Below the pieces are notes generated by a model. That model worked only from the letters and a program-made list of their open reading frames with translations, made no database searches and had not been told where the DNA came from. This document shows, piece after piece, positions 35,701 through 40,818 of a DNA stretch of 40,818 nucleotides. A program made the translations under genes and the position numbers. The DNA comes from Craspedostauros australis (lineage: Eukaryota), in the NCBI GenBank assembly GCA_030167865.1, contig JALAGF010005611.1:1-40818 (forward strand). The letters are read 5' to 3'. Numbering within the stretch: position 1 is the first letter of the stretch; each line of letters opens with the position of its first letter.

Positions 35701-37893
35701 GACATTCACACCAGCACCCATTTCATCAACCAACCAGCGCACTGCCTCCAACTTCCAATGCATGCATGCAAGGTGAAGTGGTGTCTGTTGTTGGCCGTTT
35801 CGGATGTTGAAATCTGCTCCAGCATCTCGCAGGAACAGCAAGGTTTCGCGATGAGGACGGCGATGAGGATGATGATCACTCGCATTCTCGCAGAACTCAT
35901 GCAAGGGTGTGTTGCCCTGTGCGTCTTGGACATTCACACCAGCACCCATTTCATCAACCAAGAGACGCACTGCCTCGAAGCTCCCCTGAATGCATGCAAG
36001 GTAGAGTGGTGTCTGTTGTTGGTCGTTTCGGATGTTGACATTTGCTCCAGCATCGCGCAGGAACAGCAAGGTTTCGCGAGGATGACGGCGATGAGGATGA
36101 TGATCACTCGCATTCTTGCAGAACTGATGCAAGGGTGTGTTGCCCTGTGCGTCTTGGACATTCACATCAGCACCCATTTCATCAACCAAGCAGCGCACTG
36201 CCTCCAACTTCCAATGCATGCATGCAAGGTGAAGTGGTGTCTGTTGTTGGTCGTTTCGGATGTTGAAATCTGCTCCAGCATTGTGCAGGGACAGCAAGGT
36301 TTCGCGATGATGATGATGATCACTCGCATTCTCGCAGAGCTGTTGCAAGGGTGTGTTGCCTTGTGCGTCTTGGACATTCACATCAGCACCCATTTCATCA
36401 ACCAAGATACGCACTACCTCAAATCTCCAACATGTGCATGCAATGTGGAGTGGTGTCTGTTGTTTTCTGTTTCGGATGTTGACATCTGCCCCAGCATTGC
36501 ACAGGGACAGCAAGGTTTCGCGATCAGGAGGACGACAATTCACGTTCCCACAGAGCTCATGCAAGGGTGTGTTGCCCTGTGTGTCTTGGACTTTCACATC
36601 AGCACCCATTTCATCAACCAAGATACGCACTGCCTCCAATCTCCCATATTTGCATGGAACGTGGAGTGGTGTCTGTCCTTTGTTGTTTTGGATGTTGACA
36701 TCTGCTCCAGCATTTCGCAGGGACAGCAAGGTTTCGCGATCAGGATGACGCCCACTCGCATTCTTGCAGAGCTCATGCAAGGGTGTGTTGCCCTGTGCGT
36801 CTTGGACATTCACACCAGCACCCATTTCATCAACCAACCAGCGCACTGCCTCCATTCTCCCCTGAATGCATGCAATGTGGAGTGGTGTCTGTTGTTGGTC
36901 GTTTCGGATGTTGAAATCTGCTTCAGCATTATGCAGGAACAGCAAGGTTTCGCGATGAGGACGGCGATGAGGATGATGATCACTCGCATTCTCGCAGAAC
37001 TCATGCAAGGGTGTGTTGTCCTGTGCGTCTTGGACTTTCACATCAGCACCCATTTCATCAACCAAGCAGCGCACTGCCTCGAAGCTCCCATATTTGCATG
37101 GAACGTGGAGTGGTGTCTGTCCTTTGTTGTTTTGGATGTTGACATCTGCTCCAGCATTTCGCAGGGACAGCAAGGTTTCGCGATCAGGATGACGACCCAT
37201 CACGTTCGTGCAGAGCTCATGCAAGGGTGTGTTGCCCTGTGTGTCTTGGACATTCACATCAGCACCCATTTCATCAACCAAGCAGCGCACTGCCTCGAAG
37301 CTCCCACGAATGCATGCAATGTGGAGTGGTATCTGTTGTTGGTCGTTTCGGATGTTGACATCTGCTTCAGCATTTCGCAGGGACAGCAAGGTTTCGCGAT
37401 CAGGATCACGAGCCATCACGTTCTTGCAGAGCTGATGCAAGGGTGTGTTGCCCTGTGTGTCTTGGACATTCACACCAGCACCCATTTCATCAACCAAGCA
37501 GCGCACTGCCTCGAAGCTCCCACGAATGCATGCAAGGTGGAGTGGTGTCTGTTGTTGGTCGTTTCGGATGTTGACATCTGCTCCAGCATTTCGCAGGGAC
37601 AGCAAGGTTTCACGATCAGGATCACGAGCCATCACGTTCTTGCAGAGCTCATGCAAGGGTGTGTTGCCCTGTGTGTCTTGGACATTCACACCAGCACCCA
37701 TTTCATCAACCAAGATACGCACTGCCTCGAAGCTCCCACGAATGCATGCAAGGTGGAGTGGTGTCTGTTGTTGGCCGTTTCGGATGTTGACATCTGCCCT
37801 ACCATTGCGCAGGGACAGAAAGAATCGAATTCTTGCCACATCTCCCCATCTGCATGCAAAATGGAGGTCAGTGTCACCACCTACATTTGCCAT
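32752..37893 (-). CDS. Giant ankyrin-repeat protein (about 47 ANK repeats, about 1713 aa from ATG 37893; may extend to ATG 38250 with a signal/anchor peptide)
   Basis: Uninterrupted ORF of alternating QQTPLHLAC..G.FEAVR.LVDEMGA and GNTPLH.LC.N…RETLL.L.NAGA repeats, with a diverged C-terminal cap GSTPLDLA…GH..V..YL. Confidence 0.92.
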   Translation of the reverse strand: MANVGGDTDLHFACRWGDVARIRFFLSLRNGRADVNIRNGQQQTPLHLACIRGSFEAVRILVDEMGAGVNVQDTQGNTPLHELCKNVMARDPDRETLLSLRNAGADVNIRNDQQQTPLHLACIRGSFEAVRCLVDEMGAGVNVQDTQGNTPLHQLCKNVMARDPDRETLLSLRNAEADVNIRNDQQQIPLHIACIRGSFEAVRCLVDEMGADVNVQDTQGNTPLHELCTNVMGRHPDRETLLSLRNAGADVNIQNNKGQTPLHVPCKYGSFEAVRCLVDEMGADVKVQDAQDNTPLHEFCENASDHHPHRRPHRETLLFLHNAEADFNIRNDQQQTPLHIACIQGRMEAVRWLVDEMGAGVNVQDAQGNTPLHELCKNASGRHPDRETLLSLRNAGADVNIQNNKGQTPLHVPCKYGRLEAVRILVDEMGADVKVQDTQGNTPLHELCGNVNCRPPDRETLLSLCNAGADVNIRNRKQQTPLHIACTCWRFEVVRILVDEMGADVNVQDAQGNTPLQQLCENASDHHHHRETLLSLHNAGADFNIRNDQQQTPLHLACMHWKLEAVRCLVDEMGADVNVQDAQGNTPLHQFCKNASDHHPHRRHPRETLLFLRDAGANVNIRNDQQQTPLYLACIQGSFEAVRLLVDEMGAGVNVQDAQGNTPLHEFCENASDHHPHRRPHRETLLFLRDAGADFNIRNGQQQTPLHLACMHWKLEAVRWLVDEMGAGVNVQDAQGNTPLHQFCKNASDCRYPRETLLFLRDAGADFNIRNDQQQTPLYLACIQGSFEAARWLVDEMGADVNVQDAQGNTPLHQFCKNASDHHPHRRHPSETLRFLRNAGADFNIRNGQQQTPLHLACKYGRLETVRILVDEMGAGVNVQDAQGNTPLHELCKNASDRRHPSETLRFLRNAGADFNIRNGQQQTPLHLACSQGSFEVVRILVDEMGADVNAQDTQGNTPLQQFCKNASDHHPDRRHPSETLLFLRNAGADVNIRNGQQQTPLHFACSQGSFEVVRILVDEMGADVNVQDTQGNTPLHQFCKNASDHHPDRRHPRETLPFLRNAGADFNIRNGQQQTPLHLACTYGSFEAVRWLVDEMGADVNVQDAQGNTPLHELCKNVMGRDPDRETLLSLHNAEADVNIQNNKGQTPLHLTCIWGSFEAVRWLVDEMGADVNVQDTQGNTPLHELCKNMMGRDPDRETLLSLRNAGADVNIQNNKGQTPLYVACKYGRMEAVRWLVDEMGAGVNVQDAQGNAPLHYLCKNGSDHHPDRETLLSLHNAEVDVNIRNGQQQTPLHLACIQGSFEAVRCLVDEMGADVNVQDTQGNTPLHCLCRNMSGRDPDRDPDRETLLSLHIAWANFNIRNNNGQTPLHLACVCGRLEAVRCLVDEMGADVNAGDTLGNVPLHYVSSCGDLRAIRFLTRARNADINIRNNLEQTPLHVACMYRRYGAIPCLVAEMGADRNAQDAQGNTPLHLYCDSPGADADAISHLLILNPRTGDVNIQNGQQQTPLHLACIHGRLEAVRILVGQLGADVNANDMQGNAPIHVVSFYGDLRGVRFFVEATNANINIRNNQQQTPMHLACATGQQEVAEYLVDRENADANAQDIDGATMIHVACLERYWNLAQSLAARKKVDINAVNTTGNTALHILCCWGQLNVVRDFVEVFEADITITNNDGSTPLDLATSKGHWEVESYLTWAYQQRHLRQAPPGQEQ
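33802..37773 (-). repeat. Tandem array of 18 near-identical coding units (11 x 216 bp + 7 x 228 bp)
   Basis: Counted from the translation: 11 x 72 aa + 7 x 76 aa = 1324 aa = 3972 bp, which matches the coordinates. Near-invariant DNA blocks such as CAGCACCCATTTCATCAACCAA recur in each unit. Confidence 0.95.
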
Positions 37894-38735
37894 GTTCACA
37901 GTAAAGTTGATGCCTCTGACTTCCGATGCTGCAAGAAAGGACAAGCATTGAGATACGCTGGTGAGCACGATGACGAACCTGTGCTCTAGTATGTTGCACA
38001 GGTACGAGTGTAAGTAGAGGTGCGTTTCATCAGAGCATCGAGGTGTTCCTGCCAACGGTGGGGTGCAAGCATGTCGTACCGGCAGTGTTGACACAAAATG
38101 AGGTTGGGCGAAGTTGTTGGCTTTTTTGTGGGATTTGACATCGCTCCAAGGATCCCACGCAACCTGGGAAGGAAGAGTGACACCAACAAGGATCGCAATG
38201 CAAGAAGAGGCCAACACCGCTGCTCCTACCATCAACAGCACCATCTTCATCGAATTGTCATGAAACAGTGCTCACCTGTTGTTGTTTTGTTGTGGTTGTG
38301 CTTCACAGAGTTGCGTGTTCGATGCAATCTATTCTGCTGGATTCCATTTGTATTGGTGTGCTCTCTGGTGTAGCTCGTACTACCTCCAGGTCGCAGTTGA
38401 TGCACTCACGATAACACTAGTTGTGGAGTTTTGACCCCTTGTTGCCACTGGTTTGCTCGCTTTTGGGAGAATCGGCGATTGGATATTTAGAGCTATTTCG
38501 TGTTTGCTCTCGCTGATCCGTCTTCTACGTCACAGGGAACGGATTCCACGTCATGAAAAACGAGTCACAACAGAGGAAGAGACATGGTGTGACTCTTCCT
38601 CCACAAGACAAGATGATGACTGCGCGCGGCGACAACAGAATGTGCCAGGCCAGGACAGCCAACAGCAGCCTGCATTGACCGATCTCACGATGGAAACCAA
38701 CAAAATCCAATGGCCTCAGAATTCGACGAAGGGCA

Positions 38736-40578
38736 TTGACGAACGAAACAGCAACAGCACAAGCTGTAGCCGCTGATGTTGACATTGGCGATCCCAAATG
38801 CAAAGACACATCCTTCCTCACCATCAATCCAAATGACATCAATACTGTCAACCGCAGCGAGCTGGATCCCAATGCAGCGAATCGCGGTGAACTCCCAGAG
38901 GACATGGATGCCAACAGCATCAGAGAATCCACCTTTGTCAACATGTTCCGCGGTTCCGCCAACTATATCGCCAACCATCGCAACACCCTGGTCGTCTTCC
39001 ACATTCCGGGCGATCTCATGGAGGGTCAGGACACCAACTTCCTGCGGGACCTCATGAACGACATCGCATTGTCGTGGTTGCTGGGCATCAAGATCGTCAT
39101 CGTCGCGGGATGCCGCTACCAGCTGCAGCAACGTATCGCAGGGCAGGATCGACATCATGGCGTGACGGTCGCGGACCGTGATGCGCTGCGTGTGGTCAAG
39201 GAGGTGGCAGGATATATCCGCTATGAGATCGAACGTCAACTGGCACGATCTTTGCGCATGCAGGGTGCCAACGACTCGCGCACGCCAAATCAGACCACGC
39301 AGTTCGATTTGGACTATCCATCGAATGGCAATGGCAACTACCAGCAGCAGCAGTATTTGCAGTCCTCGCCAAATGGATCCTATCAACAGCAGTCACAGCA
39401 ACAGCAGAACTTTGGAAGAACGAGTCAGAATGGATACAGGAATGAAGCTCTGGGCAGAATGGGCAACCGCATGGACACTCAACACACAATGAATCCATTC
39501 AGCAACCCCAATGATCACAGCTACAGCAGTGATGGAAATGTGGTTTCTGGGAACTTCTACACAGCCCAGCCAATGGGCATCCTGGATGGCGTCGATTACA
39601 AATCCACAGGATTCGTGCGTCGTGTGGAGGTGGAGAAGATCCGCCAGGTTCACAACTCCCGTGATATCGTCCTGCTCACAACATTGGGCGTCAGCCCCAG
39701 CGGCGAAGTCTTCAATGTCAATTCGGAAAGTTTGGCAGTGACGGTCACGGGTGCCATGGATGCCAGCAAGATCATCTTCTTCACAGAAGGCGACATGCAG
39801 CTGCGGCACAACATCCATGGCAAGCAGATCCATCATCTGCGTGTCAAGGACGCCCACAACCTGCTTCGACACCGCACCGTCGACATCCGCAAGCGTGGTC
39901 TCGTCACCTTGGGCGAGAGCTGTCCTCAGGAAAGCGCCAAGCGCAACAAACTCATCAAGATTGGAAGGGTCCATGCATGCACTCGAGCAGGGCGTCCGAC
40001 GTGCGCACATTATCTCGCTGCGGCACGGGGCATTGCTGCACGAGCTGTACACGCGAGATGGCAGTGGCACCATGCTCTCCCGCGACCTCTACGACGGCAT
40101 CCGCCAGGCCAAGGTTGAGGATGTCAGCGCCATCCACGAGCTCATCACACCGCTCATCCAGATGGGAAGGCTGGTGGATCGGCCAAAGGCCGTGCTAGAA
40201 AAGTCGGTACCCTCTTACCACGTCTACACGCGCGATGACCTCGTCGTGGCATGCGGGCAGCTCAAAATGTTCGAGAACGGGTTTGCTGAGATCGCTTGCC
40301 TTGTCGTGGATCGCAACTACCGCTCGCGAGGACATGGCGATGCCATGCTTGGCTACCTGGAACGTCTGTGTCTGCAGAAGGGGGCCTCCTACGTCTTCGT
40401 CCTCAGCACGCAGACGATGGAATGGTTCATCGAACGCGGATTTGACGAGGTCGATGTCAGCAGGTTGCCGCCCAGCCGTCAGGCTGTGTACAATGCCAAA
40501 TGCGACAGCAAGATTTGCATGAAGAAGATCACCGGCGTTCGGGATTTGGATGCCTCCGAAATGTGGTGGAATAGATAG
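38736..40578 (+). CDS. argA: N-acetylglutamate synthase (amino-acid N-acetyltransferase, AAK + GNAT domains), with an apparent frameshift near 39966-39969; pseudogene or sequence error
   Basis: First frame: FVNMFRGSANYIANHRN, DIAL…LGIKIV.V.G, VVSGNF, DGVDY..TG.VR, SPSGEVFN. A second frame continues: GVRRAH, GALL.ELYTRDGSGT, EIACLVV…YR..GHGD, FVLSTQT..WF.ERGF. The frames switch at LIKIG|SMHAL. Start unclear: TGA in frame at 38676; first downstream ATG at 38904. Confidence 0.88.
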
Positions 40579-40818
40579 ATAACACACATAGGGCATAGTG
40601 GATACAATGGGCACAATGCATAGTCGTATGTAATGTATTATAGGAGCTGCACTAGCACATCACAACACAGCATAGTATAGTATACGAGCATTGTATGGTG
40701 TGTATTCGTTGCACTCTGCTCTACTCTAATCTGGTCTACCAATACATGACGATTGTGCTAGTGGCAGCGCCGTCGGCAGGGCACGAGCAGAGATGAATGA
40801 TCAGAGGATGCATCGTTG

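Noticed and set aside
33802..37773. CRISPR-like or non-coding satellite interpretation of the tandem array
   Set aside because: Units are 216/228 bp, always in frame, encode ankyrin repeats and have no unique spacers.
33781..37989. 1402-aa ORF on the + strand
   Set aside because: Antisense shadow of the ankyrin array: a stop-free unit repeated 18 times gives a long ORF automatically, and it has no recognisable protein features.
38676..38678. Second Sec codon upstream of argA
   Set aside because: Non-conserved region with no redox motif; more likely a nonsense change or non-coding sequence.
39895..39967. A 73-bp intron that would repair the argA frameshift
   Set aside because: Weak donor (GTGGTC), no pyrimidine-rich acceptor, and it would delete protein-like sequence (LIKIG).

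Overview
Eukaryotic nuclear DNA, very probably from a diatom. Evidence: GT-AG introns, bipartite signal + 'ASAFAP'-like plastid presequences, and gene families I recognise as diatom-typical. About 14 loci, in order: a 5'-truncated COG3899-type ATPase/TPR-like protein; a decayed ankyrin pseudogene; a two-exon hypothetical protein; a two-exon SDR; a SelU/PRXL2A-type selenoprotein hidden by an in-frame TGA (RRPG-U-SLC) with a candidate non-canonical SECIS; a CaaX-terminated thioredoxin-like protein; a TPR-like protein ending AAAA; a stand-alone ABC ATPase; a GT60-like GlcNAc transferase; a small Ser-rich ORF; plastid-type gyrA; an LPA3/DUF1995 protein; a giant ankyrin protein; and a frameshifted N-acetylglutamate synthase (argA). 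The most striking items are the selenoprotein with its densely structured 3'UTR, and the ankyrin gene. The latter has 18 near-identical 216/228-bp di-repeat units with hypervariable residues concentrated at binding-surface positions, making it a candidate diversifying receptor. Family calls rest on motif recognition by eye; no searches were run.
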